Source: an uncultured Gemmatimonadales bacterium (GTDB lineage: Bacteria; Gemmatimonadota; Gemmatimonadetes; Gemmatimonadales; Gemmatimonadaceae). From it: a stretch of DNA of 64,000 bases. Location: contig CAWKNZ010000003.1 in the NCBI GenBank assembly GCA_963851265.1, forward strand, positions 192,001 to 256,000, read 5' to 3'. The notes below the pieces were generated by a model. The model made no database searches. It saw only the letters and a program-made list of their open reading frames with translations, and was not told where the DNA came from. The position numbers and the translations under genes were made by a program. Below are positions 19,447 to 28,860 of the stretch, in pieces (within the stretch, counting starts at the first letter, position 1; each line of letters starts with the position of its first letter).

Positions 19447-20847
19447 ATGTTGCGTCATGGTCGCGCGCGCCTCGGAATCCTCCTGGGGGCGGCGCTCGGC
19501 GCGTGCCGGTCGGCGCCTCCAGCGCCGCCGGCCGCGCCGACGCCGGCGACGGTCGTGCTCGTGTCGCTGGACGGCTTTCGCGCCGACTACCTCGACCGCC
19601 GACTGCCGCTGCCCGCGTTCGCGCGGCTCGAGGCGGCGGGCGTGCGGGCGCGGGCGCTCGTGCCGAGCTTTCCGAGCAAGACGTTCCCGAACCACTGGAC
19701 GCTCGTCACCGGGCTGCGGCCGGGACGCCACGGCATCGTCGCCAACGCGTTCTGGGACCCGGTCACCCGGCGCGAGTACCGCATCCGCGACACGGCCGCG
19801 GTGCGCGACGCGTCGTGGTATGGCGGCGTGCCGCTGTGGGCGCTCGCGGAGCGCGCCGGCATCCGCACCGGGACGGTGTTCTGGCCGGGGTCGGAGGCGC
19901 CGGTGGGGGGCGTGCGCCCGTCGCGGTGGCTGCGCTACGATGGCGCGATGCCCGACTCCGCGCGCGTCGACACGGTGGTCGCGTGGCTGGCGCTGCCGGC
20001 GGCCGAGCGGCCGCGGTTCGTGGCGCTGTACGTGAGCGTGGCGGACGACTCGGGGCACGCCGCGGGCCCCGACGCGCCCGCGACCGACAGCGCGGTCGTC
20101 GAGGCCGACCGTACGTTAGGCCGCCTGCTCGACCGGCTCGACGCGATGCCCGGAGGCAACGCGGTCGACGTGGTGGTCGTGAGCGACCACGGCATGGACG
20201 CGGTCGCACCCGAACGCACCGTCGATCTGTCGCGGTGCGACCGGCGCGACGCGTTCGCCGACGCGCGCACGGGCGACGCGGGGCCGGTGCTCTCGATGTG
20301 GTTCGACGAACCGGGTGGCGGAGTGGCGGGGGGCGACGCCGCGGGGACCGACGCGGCGTCGCGGGCGGCCAACGCGGAGGCGGTACTGCGGAGCTGCCTC
20401 GCCCCCGCCGCCGCGGGCGCGCCCTTCAATCCGCTGGCCCACGCGCGCGTCTACGCGCGGGCGGAAACGCCCGCGCGCTGGGCGCTGCGCGCGCAGCCGC
20501 GGGCGGGCGACCTGCTCATCGTCGCCGACTCGGGGTGGACCGTGGTGCCCGCGCCGCCCGCCCGGCCGCTGCACGGCGGCGGCCACGGCTGGGACCCGGC
20601 CGCAGACCGCGCGATGCGCGCCATCTTCCTTGCGGCGGGTCCTCACGTGCGCGCCCGCGGCGAGATTGCGGCCGTCGAGAACGTCCACGTCGCCCCCTTC
20701 CTCGGCGCGCTCCTCGGCGTCGCCTGGCCGGCCGGGGCGACCGACGGCGACGTGCGCGTGCTCGCGCCGCTCCTCGACGTCCGACGGCTGCGGGCGCGCC
20801 GCGGCGGCACGCGCGGCCGCGCCGTGCCGACCGCCGGACCGTCCTGA
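19447..20847 (+). CDS. Ectonucleotide pyrophosphatase/phosphodiesterase (alkaline phosphatase superfamily) lipoprotein
   Basis: VSLDGFR, PSKTFPNHWTLVTG, DDSGH..GP, SDHGM, GHGWDP; lipobox LGAC. Confidence 0.93.
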   Translation: MLRHGRARLGILLGAALGACRSAPPAPPAAPTPATVVLVSLDGFRADYLDRRLPLPAFARLEAAGVRARALVPSFPSKTFPNHWTLVTGLRPGRHGIVANAFWDPVTRREYRIRDTAAVRDASWYGGVPLWALAERAGIRTGTVFWPGSEAPVGGVRPSRWLRYDGAMPDSARVDTVVAWLALPAAERPRFVALYVSVADDSGHAAGPDAPATDSAVVEADRTLGRLLDRLDAMPGGNAVDVVVVSDHGMDAVAPERTVDLSRCDRRDAFADARTGDAGPVLSMWFDEPGGGVAGGDAAGTDAASRAANAEAVLRSCLAPAAAGAPFNPLAHARVYARAETPARWALRAQPRAGDLLIVADSGWTVVPAPPARPLHGGGHGWDPAADRAMRAIFLAAGPHVRARGEIAAVENVHVAPFLGALLGVAWPAGATDGDVRVLAPLLDVRRLRARRGGTRGRAVPTAGPS

Positions 20848-20909
20848 CGGCCGCCCGCCGCCGGCCGCCGGCCGCCGGCCGCTCCACCCTCGCCTCCCCG
20901 CACCGCTCC

Positions 20910-22355
20910 GTGCCCCGCCCGATCTTCCGCTCCGTCGCCGCCGCCCTGCTCACCGCCGCGTCGGCGCACGCGGCCGCCGCCCAGGCGCCCGCGGCGCGGG
21001 TGCCCGGCGCCGACTCCGGCCGCTACGCCGGCTACCAGCCCGCGGCCGACCGCATCGTCACCGCGGCGATGGCCGACAGCACGGCCTGGCGGCGCGTGGC
21101 CGAAATCACCGACGCCTACGGGCCGCGCCTGTCGGGGTCCGACGCGCTCGAGCGGGCCATCGACCGGATGCTCGCGATGCTCCGCGCCGACGGCCTCGCC
21201 AACGTGCGCGGCGAGCCGGTGATGGTGCCGCACTGGGTGCGCGGCGAGGAGCGCGCGGAGCTCGTCGTGCGGGACGCGCGCGGGGCGGTCACGCGACGCA
21301 AACCGCTCCACGTGCTCGCGTTAGGCGGGAGCGTCGGCACGCCCGGCGCCGGGGTCGAGGCGCCGGTGCTCGTCGTGACGAGCTTCGACGACCTCGCGCG
21401 GCGGGCGGGCGAGGCGCGCGGGCGGGCCGTGCTCTTCGACGTGCCGTTCACCACGTACGACCAGACGGTGCGCTACCGCGCGCTGGGCCCGAGCGCGGCC
21501 GCGCGCGCCGGGGCCGTGGCCGCGCTCGTCCGCTCGGTGACGCCCAATTCGATGGACTCGCCGCACACGGGCGCGCTGCGCTACGACACCGCCGCGGCGC
21601 GCATCCCCGCCGCGGCGGTCACGGTCGAGGACGCGGAGCTGATGCACCGCCTGCAGGACCGCGGGCTCACGCCGACCGTCAGTCTGCGGCTCGGCGCGCA
21701 GACGCTGCCCGACGCGCCGTCGCGCAACGTCGTGGCCGAGCTGGTCGGGCGCGAGCGGCCCCAGGAGTTCGTCGTCCTCGGCGGCCACATCGACTCGTGG
21801 GACGTGGGCCAGGGCGCGATGGACGACCTCGGCGGCTTCGTCGCGGCGTGGGAGGCGGTGCGCCTGCTCAAGCGGCTCGGCCTCACCCCGCGGCGCACGG
21901 TGCGCGTGGTGGGGTGGACGAACGAGGAGAACGGGGGCCGCGGCGGCCGCGGCTACCTCGCCGCGCACCGCGCCGAGCTGGCCGACCACGTGTTCGCGAT
22001 GGAGAGCGACAACGGGGTGTTCCGGCCGAGCGGGATGCGGCTGGTGGGCACCCCCGCTGCGGTGGCGCAGGTCGCGCCGCTCGGCCGGCTGCTGCGCGCG
22101 TTAGGCGCCGCGGCGGCCACCGCGGGCGAGGGGGAAGCGGACATCGAGCCGCTGCTCGCGGCGGGCGTGCCGGGGGCCGCGCTCGACGTCGACGGTTCGC
22201 GCTACTTCTGGTATCACCACACGAACGCCGACACGCCCGACAAGCTCGACCCGGCCGACGTGGCGCGGTGCGTGGCGACGTTCGCGGTGTGGGCGTACGT
22301 GCTCGCCGACGCGCCCGACCGGCCGCCGCACGGGGCGCCGGCGCCCGGTCGGTGA
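20910..22355 (+). CDS. M28 family peptidase (carboxypeptidase Q-like)
   Basis: GPRLSGS, PHWVRG, PHTG, GGHIDSWDVGQGAMDD, NEENG, ESD.G, YHHT.AD. Confidence 0.92.
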   Translation: MPRPIFRSVAAALLTAASAHAAAAQAPAARVPGADSGRYAGYQPAADRIVTAAMADSTAWRRVAEITDAYGPRLSGSDALERAIDRMLAMLRADGLANVRGEPVMVPHWVRGEERAELVVRDARGAVTRRKPLHVLALGGSVGTPGAGVEAPVLVVTSFDDLARRAGEARGRAVLFDVPFTTYDQTVRYRALGPSAAARAGAVAALVRSVTPNSMDSPHTGALRYDTAAARIPAAAVTVEDAELMHRLQDRGLTPTVSLRLGAQTLPDAPSRNVVAELVGRERPQEFVVLGGHIDSWDVGQGAMDDLGGFVAAWEAVRLLKRLGLTPRRTVRVVGWTNEENGGRGGRGYLAAHRAELADHVFAMESDNGVFRPSGMRLVGTPAAVAQVAPLGRLLRALGAAAATAGEGEADIEPLLAAGVPGAALDVDGSRYFWYHHTNADTPDKLDPADVARCVATFAVWAYVLADAPDRPPHGAPAPGR

Positions 22356-22388
22356 CGGGCGCCGGGGCCGAGCGCGGTGCGGCTCGGC

Positions 22389-24185
22389 CTAGGGCATCCA
22401 GACCGGCGTCGGGAAGCCGCGGTCGGTGCCCGCGCCGCCGGTGCCGTCGCCAATCTGGCCGAAGTCGTTGGAGCCCCAGCAGTACGCGGTGCCGGTGTTC
22501 GCGATGGCGCAGCTGTGGTAGGCCCCCGCCGCGAGTTGGACGATGGTCGACCCCGGCGCGAGTGACGCCAGCACGGCCGTCGGCGCGAAGTGGTTCGAGA
22601 ACAGGTTGTCGCCCAGGCGGCCGTACGTCCCCTCGCCCCAGCAGTAGGCGTTCCCGTCGTTGCCCATCGCGCAGGCGTGGGTGGCGCCCACGACGAGCTG
22701 TGTGAAGGCCACGCCCGCCGGCAACTGCACGGCGGCCGGCGTGACGTGCGGCGTCTGCGTCCCGTCGCCGAGCTGGCCGTACGTGTTGTCGCCCCAACAG
22801 TAGGCGGCGCCCGAGCCCGAGAGTCCACAGGTGAAGGCCACGCCGGCCGCGATGCGCGTGAGCGTCACTCCCCCGGGGAGCTGCACGGGCACGGGGGCCG
22901 CCGTGTCCGCCCCGGCGCCCGAAGCCCCGTTCCCGAGTTCACCGTCGGCGTTGAGCCCCCAGCAGTAGGCGGCGCCGGTGGTCGTGATCGCACAGCTGTG
23001 AAGCTGGCCGGCCGCGATCTGGGCGAAGTGGATACCCGCGGGCGTCTGCACGGCGACGGGTGTGGCGCTCGAGTTACGCGTGCCGTCGCCGAGCTGGCCG
23101 AGGCCGTCGTAGCCCCAGCAGTATGCGGCGCCCGCGCCGGACAGGGCGCAGCTGTGCTGGCCGCCGGTGGCGAGCCCGGCGAACGAGGCGATGCCCGGCA
23201 TCTGGACCGCGCGGGCCGTCAGGGTCGGCGTCGCGGGGGTTGCGCCGTCGCCAAGCTGGCCGAACTCGTCGTGCCCGACGCACGCGGCGCCGCCGGCGGC
23301 GGTGAGCCAGCACGCGTGGTTGGCGCTGCTCCCGGCCGCGAGCGCGACCGCACCGGCGCTGCCCGGAATGAGCAGCGGGACGGCCGAGGTCGAGTCGGTC
23401 ATCGATCCGCCCGCGCCCGCGATGCCGGTCCCACCCCAGCAGTACACGCCCGCCCCGGGGCGCACGGCGCAGCTGTGATACAGGCCGCCGACGATGCCCG
23501 CGTTGGCGGAGCCGGCGAAGGCGTGCGCCGGCTGGGCGGCGAGCGGCGTCGCCTCGTCGGGCATCTGCGCGCGCACGAAGGCGGTGAACTGGAACGCGGT
23601 CACGCCGCTCGGCACCGAGAACAGCCACGTCTTCACCGCGGACGTCTGGTTCCCGGCGAGGAGCTGCGGGTAGACGAACGCCTGCTGCCCCGACGCGGTG
23701 AAGGTGCCCGTCGTGTCGGCGTTGAGAATCGTGACCGTGCCCGCGCCGCCCGACGTGGTCGGCGCCTGCGGGAAGAACACCATCACGCCCTGCCCGTCGT
23801 ACGTGGTGCCGTCGGTGGTGCCGAGCGGTTGCGCGAGGAGATTCTGGACGGTGACCGGGACGGCGAGGGTGTCGCCCGAGGGCGGCGCGGTGGCCGTTGC
23901 GTTGAGGCGCACGTAGACGCCCTGCTGACCGAAGACGAGCGTGCGCGAGAGCCCGGCCGGGGCGGATGCGCCTGCCCCCTTGGTGGCCGGGGACGTCGCG
24001 GCCGGGGTGCAGCCGAGCGTGTGAGCGCGGACGTCGACCGTGCAGGCGAGCGCCTGCATGCCGGCCACGCTGCCGGCCGGGGCGGTGAGCGTGCGGGTCG
24101 GGGCGGTGGGCGCATCCTGACACGCGCTCGCGATGAGGGCGAGGGCGAGCGCGGGGAGCGGACCGGCGGAACGGCGAACGGGCAT
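22389..24185 (-). CDS. Lipoprotein with N-terminal beta-sandwich and RCC1 repeats
   Basis: Lipobox ASAC; 6-7 repeats of HSCA...GAAYCWG.N..GQLGDG. Confidence 0.88.
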   Translation of the reverse strand: MPVRRSAGPLPALALALIASACQDAPTAPTRTLTAPAGSVAGMQALACTVDVRAHTLGCTPAATSPATKGAGASAPAGLSRTLVFGQQGVYVRLNATATAPPSGDTLAVPVTVQNLLAQPLGTTDGTTYDGQGVMVFFPQAPTTSGGAGTVTILNADTTGTFTASGQQAFVYPQLLAGNQTSAVKTWLFSVPSGVTAFQFTAFVRAQMPDEATPLAAQPAHAFAGSANAGIVGGLYHSCAVRPGAGVYCWGGTGIAGAGGSMTDSTSAVPLLIPGSAGAVALAAGSSANHACWLTAAGGAACVGHDEFGQLGDGATPATPTLTARAVQMPGIASFAGLATGGQHSCALSGAGAAYCWGYDGLGQLGDGTRNSSATPVAVQTPAGIHFAQIAAGQLHSCAITTTGAAYCWGLNADGELGNGASGAGADTAAPVPVQLPGGVTLTRIAAGVAFTCGLSGSGAAYCWGDNTYGQLGDGTQTPHVTPAAVQLPAGVAFTQLVVGATHACAMGNDGNAYCWGEGTYGRLGDNLFSNHFAPTAVLASLAPGSTIVQLAAGAYHSCAIANTGTAYCWGSNDFGQIGDGTGGAGTDRGFPTPVWMP

Positions 24186-24369
24186 GAGAGCGAACACGCG
24201 ACGGGGTGCGCGGAAGCCGGCATACGGCCGGCGGTGAACTGCGGCACAGACGCCACAGTCCAGCCGGGGTCACGGCGGCCCCACGCGGCCGCCGCCGTGC
24301 GCGCCTCGCACGCTCGCCCGGTCACGGCGGTGTTGCGCGCGCGCCACACCGCGCGTCTCCGCCCCTGTC

Positions 24370-25611
24370 ATGCGCCACGTCGTACTGTTCCCGCCCTGCC
24401 GGGCCGTCGCGCTCCGCCGCGCGCGGCGGGCCCGCGCGCTCACCCCCGTCGTGCTCACGACGGCCGCGTTCGGCTGTACGGGCGGCGACCGGGGCGTGGT
24501 CGACCCCGGCGTTCCGACGCGGAGCGATCCCGCCCCGGCGGTCGCGTTGCTGTACACCCTGTCGAGCACGGGCCGCGTCGAGCGCGGCGATTCGGTGCGC
24601 GTGGTGGCCGTTCGCGGAGCCGACACGCTCGCCGTCGACAGCGTCACCGTCGCGCCCGCGGGCGCGGCCGCCGTCGCGCCGGGCGGGTGGCTGCGCCTGC
24701 GCACGGAAGGCAGCCTGGCCGTGACGGCGGCCGTGCGCGACACCGTACACGGCCGCGCCGGCGCCGTGACGCTCGTCGCGGGCACCGTTGCGGTGGCCGA
24801 ACCGCCGACGATCGTGTTCGACCTCCTGCAGAACGGCAACCGCGACATCTGGCGCGTGGCGCTCGACGGCGGCGGGCTGCTGCGGCTGACCACGGCGACG
24901 GCCGACGATCAGCACCCGACGGCCGCCGGCGGAACGGTCGTGTTCACGAGCTACCGCACGGGACGGGCGCAGCTGTTCGCCGTCGCGCTCGACGGGTCCG
25001 GGGAGCGCCGCCTCACGACGACCGCCGACAACCTCGTCGAGCCCGCGCTCTCGCCCGATGGGCGGCGCCTGGCGTACGTACGCGACACCTCGGGCGCCCG
25101 CCGCCTCTGGTGGTCGGCGGCCGACGGCACCGCGCCGGCGGCGGCCGCGACCGCGCCGTGGGCGGGCGCAATCGACGGCGCACCGGCGTGGGCGCCGGAC
25201 GGCAGCCGGCTGGCGTACATGTCGACGCGCAGCGGACCGGTCACCGTGTTCGTGCTCGATGCGGGCGCTGGCGCGGGGCCGACCGCGGCGTCCGGCGCCA
25301 CACCCGATCCGCAGTCGGTCACGGTGGAGCCTGCGTGGAGTCCGGACGGCCGCCAGATGGCCGTGACGTCGACGCGCAGCGGCGGGAGCGAGCTGTTCGT
25401 GATCGATGTGGCAAGCGGCATCGCGACACAGCTGACCCGTTCGGGCGGCACCGTCGGACAGCCCGCGTGGCTTCCGGACGGCCGCATCGTGTTCACGGCG
25501 TTCGCGGCGGCCGGATCGCGACTGCGCTGGCTCGACCCCCGCGCGCCCGGCGTGCTGCACGACGTGCCGACCGGCGCGGGCAGCGCCGCGCACGCGGCTC
25601 CCGCGCGCTGA
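24370..25611 (+). CDS. TolB-like PD40 beta-propeller lipoprotein
   Basis: Lipobox AFGC; PALSPDG, PAWAPDG, PAWSPDG, PAWLPDG repeats. Confidence 0.85.
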   Translation: MRHVVLFPPCRAVALRRARRARALTPVVLTTAAFGCTGGDRGVVDPGVPTRSDPAPAVALLYTLSSTGRVERGDSVRVVAVRGADTLAVDSVTVAPAGAAAVAPGGWLRLRTEGSLAVTAAVRDTVHGRAGAVTLVAGTVAVAEPPTIVFDLLQNGNRDIWRVALDGGGLLRLTTATADDQHPTAAGGTVVFTSYRTGRAQLFAVALDGSGERRLTTTADNLVEPALSPDGRRLAYVRDTSGARRLWWSAADGTAPAAAATAPWAGAIDGAPAWAPDGSRLAYMSTRSGPVTVFVLDAGAGAGPTAASGATPDPQSVTVEPAWSPDGRQMAVTSTRSGGSELFVIDVASGIATQLTRSGGTVGQPAWLPDGRIVFTAFAAAGSRLRWLDPRAPGVLHDVPTGAGSAAHAAPAR

Positions 25612-25679
25612 GCGCCGCGCACCCGACCTCCGCCGTAGCCCTCACCGTCCGACCACGCCATTCCCCTCTCCTTCTGCCG

Positions 25680-25946
25680 ATGGCCGCCACTCTCGCGCCC
25701 GCGCCGCACGCTCTCGCCGCCCATCTCGACGACGGGACGGTGCTGCTCGACCTGCACACGCGCTCCTATTTCCAGCTCAACGCGACCGGCGCCGTCGTGT
25801 GGCAGAGCGTCGAAGCGCGCGACGACCGCACGGCGGCGATCGCGCGCCTGGTCGACGCGTTCGACGTGGCGCATGCGGACGCCGCGACCGGCTACGACGC
25901 GCTCGTCGCGGAGCTGCGGGCGCGCGCGCTCGTCGTGCCGGGGTGA
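25680..25946 (+). CDS. PqqD-family RiPP recognition element (lasso B1-like)
   Basis: DDGTVLLDL....YFQLNATGAVVW...LVDAFDV....A...DALVAELRARALV; 88 aa. Confidence 0.9.
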   Translation: MAATLAPAPHALAAHLDDGTVLLDLHTRSYFQLNATGAVVWQSVEARDDRTAAIARLVDAFDVAHADAATGYDALVAELRARALVVPG

Positions 25947-26404
25947 CGGGCCTGCGGGCGTCCGACGTCGCGTGCGCATGGTCGGCCGTCGCGCACGGCG
26001 TGTTCGCGGCGCTCCTCACCCGGCGCGTCGTGCACGGCCGCGGCCTCGACGCGCTGCTCACCGCGCCTCACGCGCGCGCGGCCCGGGCGCCGTCGGCCGC
26101 CGATGCGGCCCGGGCCCATCAGAGCACGGCGGTCGCGTTCGCCGCGCTTCGGTTGCTCGCCCGCCTGCCAGGCTGGCGAAACACGTGCCTGTACCGTGCG
26201 GTGGCGGAGTGCCTCGTCCTCCGCGGGCGTGGCATGCCGGCCGTGCTCCGAGTGGGCGTCGCGCGGGCGGCGGGGCCGGTCGCGGCCCACGCGTGGACGG
26301 AATGCGCCGGCCACCGTTGCCAGAGCGCGACCGGGAGCGAGGGAAACGCGTACGCGCCGCTGCGGCGCACGGTGGCACACGCGGCCGAAGGGGCGGTCGC
26401 GTGA
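25943..26404 (+). CDS. Lasso peptide B2-like transglutaminase-fold cysteine peptidase
   Basis: NTCLYRA...LR.RG....LRVGV......AHAW; GTGA overlap with upstream gene. Confidence 0.88.
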   Translation: MTGLRASDVACAWSAVAHGVFAALLTRRVVHGRGLDALLTAPHARAARAPSAADAARAHQSTAVAFAALRLLARLPGWRNTCLYRAVAECLVLRGRGMPAVLRVGVARAAGPVAAHAWTECAGHRCQSATGSEGNAYAPLRRTVAHAAEGAVA

Positions 26405-27414
26405 GTTCGGCGCCGGACGCGATCGCGGCGCACCAGCACGTGTCGCTCACCGGGGACGGCGCGCTCGCGCTCACCGTGGACGCCGATCTCGCCGACGCGG
26501 TCGCCGCGTGGCTGCCGTCGCACCTGCGCCTGTCCGCACGGGCGAGCGCCGCAGTGCCGGAAGCGCGGATCGTGGCGCGACGTGGAGCCGGGCCCGCGTC
26601 CGCTTCGTCCAACGTCGCGGGCACCGGCGCCCCGCGCGGACCGGACCTCGTGGCGGGCAACGTCGCCCTCTGGCGCGAGGGCGACGCCATGCGGCTTCAG
26701 ACGCTTGGTGCGCGCGGCCCGGCGGGGGTCGTCGAACTCGCGGCCCGGCACGCCGTCCTCACCGTACCCGGTGGGCACGGCGCCGATGCGCCTGAGGTGA
26801 CCGCCGCGCTCCACACGATGTTGTTGCTCGCGAGCGCGTACCTGCTCGGGCGGCTCGGGCGCGCGCTCGTGCACGGCGCGTCACTCGTCGCACCCGACGG
26901 CCGCGCGTGGCTGCTCGTCGGCGACACGCACGCGGGCAAGACGACCACGTGCGCAACGCTCGTCGACGCCGGGTGGCAGTACTGCGCCGACGACCACGCG
27001 ATCCTGCAGCCGACGCCCGCGGGCGTGGTCGTCGAGGGGTGGCCGCGGCTCTTCCACCTCGACGGCGGTTGGGACCACGGCGTACCCGTGGGTGGCGCGC
27101 GGCGGGACGTGGATGCGTTCGTCCGCTGGCCCGGCCGCTGGCGCCCGGCGGCTCCGCTCGCGGGCGTGCTCTGCCCACGCGTGGACGCCGACGCCGCCAC
27201 CGCACTCGCCCCGCTCGAGCCGACCGGGCGCCTCTCCGCGCTCCTGCGTCAGTCGCCGTGGCTCACCGCCGACCCGGGGGCGGCCCCGGCGCTGCTCGCC
27301 CTGTTGCAGCGCGTGGCCGCCCGGCCTGGCGCCGCGCTCCGCCTCGGGCGCGACACCTTTCGCCGGCCGGAGCCGCTCGCCGCCGTGCTCGCCCCCCTCA
27401 CCGCCCCCGCCTGA
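26401..27414 (+). CDS. HprK-related P-loop kinase
   Basis: LVHGASLV...AWLLVGDTHAGKTT...GWQYCADD; GTGA overlap. Confidence 0.82.
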   Translation: MSSAPDAIAAHQHVSLTGDGALALTVDADLADAVAAWLPSHLRLSARASAAVPEARIVARRGAGPASASSNVAGTGAPRGPDLVAGNVALWREGDAMRLQTLGARGPAGVVELAARHAVLTVPGGHGADAPEVTAALHTMLLLASAYLLGRLGRALVHGASLVAPDGRAWLLVGDTHAGKTTTCATLVDAGWQYCADDHAILQPTPAGVVVEGWPRLFHLDGGWDHGVPVGGARRDVDAFVRWPGRWRPAAPLAGVLCPRVDADAATALAPLEPTGRLSALLRQSPWLTADPGAAPALLALLQRVAARPGAALRLGRDTFRRPEPLAAVLAPLTAPA

Positions 27415-27415
27415 C

Positions 27416-28666
27416 GTGCCGCGTCTGCCCATTCTCTTCCGCCGGGCCGGCCGCGATGCCGCCGTGCGCGGCGCGCTCGCCCTCCGCGCCCCCGCGCTCG
27501 CGCTGCTCGCCGGCCGGGCGCCCGACGCCGCGGGCCGTGCCGCGCTCGGCGCGCCCGCGGCCGCGTGGGAGCTGTTCCTCGCGGCCGAGTGTTGCGCGAT
27601 CCCGGTGGCGCGCGCGCTGCGGATGGTCGGCGCGTGGGACTCGCTCTCGCCCGACGCCCGCGCCGCCGTCGCCGCCGCGGAATCGCGCGAGATGCAGCGC
27701 GTGCTGGCCGCGCGGGGGCAGCTGGCGGAGCTCGACCGCCTGGCTGCGGCGTTTGGCGTGATGCCGATCGTGCTGAAGGGCGGCGCCACCGTCGCCGAGG
27801 GCACCGCGCTGGACCTCGGCGACATCGACCTGCTCGTCACGGGCGACGTGGCGGCCACGCTCGCGGCGGCTCTCGTCGCGCGCGGGTACGCGCCCTCGGG
27901 TGACGCGCTGGTGCGCCCCGGGGCGCTGCCGATCGAGCTGCACGACCACGTGTCGTACGGCCGCGCCGGGGGCGCCGGCGACCGGGCCGCGCGTCCGGCC
28001 GAATCGTGCGCGGCGGGACCGTGGACGGGTGCGTCGTGTGTGTCCCTCGCGTGCGCCGACGAGCCGCCGCTGGTGCCGCTCGCGGGCTGCCGCGCGCTGC
28101 GGCGGCTCGTCGGCGCGCCGGCTGTGCTGCTGCTCCTCCGCCACGGCGTGCTGCACCACCCGTTCCGCCGCGGCCACCTGCGCGACCTCGTCGTGCTCGC
28201 GGAGGCGATCGGGCGCTGCACGCCCGACGCGGTCGACGCCGTGTCGCGGGCGTGCGCGGCGGATCCCGATGCGGCGGACCTCACCGAGACCCTCGCGCTC
28301 GCGCTGGCGATCCGCGCGGGGGCGGACGTCGCCGACCCGCCCGCGGTGCGGCGGATGGCGACCCACAAGTACCTGTTCGCGCTCGGGACGTGGCGGCGCG
28401 CGGTGCGCATCGCGCCGCGGTGGCCGACGCTCCTCTGCGCGGCGATCGACCGTCCCGCGGCCCGCCACGCGCCGCTTCGCGACGCGCTCGCGAGTCGGGA
28501 GCAGACGGACCCGCACTGGGAATTGCGCCGCCTGGCGAGGCACGCGCCGAGGCTCGCGGCGGCCGCGCGTGGCGCGGCGCGCCTTCCGTACCGCGTCGTA
28601 CTCGTGCTCTGCGCGCTCGGCGCGGGCCCGTTCGCGCGCCGCCGGGTCGCGCGCCTCGCCCGCTGA
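27416..28666 (+). CDS. Nucleotidyltransferase family protein (NTP_transf_5-like)
   Basis: PIVLKGG, GDIDLLV, L..RGY, IELH, LLRH..H, LRDL. Confidence 0.8.
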   Translation: MPRLPILFRRAGRDAAVRGALALRAPALALLAGRAPDAAGRAALGAPAAAWELFLAAECCAIPVARALRMVGAWDSLSPDARAAVAAAESREMQRVLAARGQLAELDRLAAAFGVMPIVLKGGATVAEGTALDLGDIDLLVTGDVAATLAAALVARGYAPSGDALVRPGALPIELHDHVSYGRAGGAGDRAARPAESCAAGPWTGASCVSLACADEPPLVPLAGCRALRRLVGAPAVLLLLRHGVLHHPFRRGHLRDLVVLAEAIGRCTPDAVDAVSRACAADPDAADLTETLALALAIRAGADVADPPAVRRMATHKYLFALGTWRRAVRIAPRWPTLLCAAIDRPAARHAPLRDALASREQTDPHWELRRLARHAPRLAAAARGAARLPYRVVLVLCALGAGPFARRRVARLAR

Positions 28667-28860
28667 CGCAGCGACGGACCGGGCCGTCGGTTAGAACCTG
28701 GGTGCGCGATTACTCACGATCGCACGCGAAGTTCCACGGCCCGGTACGCCTTTGTGAGATCTTTACGACGGGTTGATGCCACGGGGCCGTGCGCAGGCGG
28801 AGTATACGGGAGCGTCCCCGGTACGCCGGCGCCGCGTCTCCTCACTTCCCGCCCCGTCCC

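Noticed and set aside
28700..28810. CRP/FNR-like box and sigma70 promoter upstream of the Phi-1-like gene
   Set aside because: Only half-site matches (TGTGA, TCACG) with poor partners, and the TTGATG-to-TATACG spacing is too long.
24186..28860. Lasso precursor peptide in the intergenic gaps (24186-24369, 25612-25679, 28667-28860)
   Set aside because: No short ORF with a YxxPxL leader, penultimate Thr and acidic residue at core position 7-9 was found by eye.
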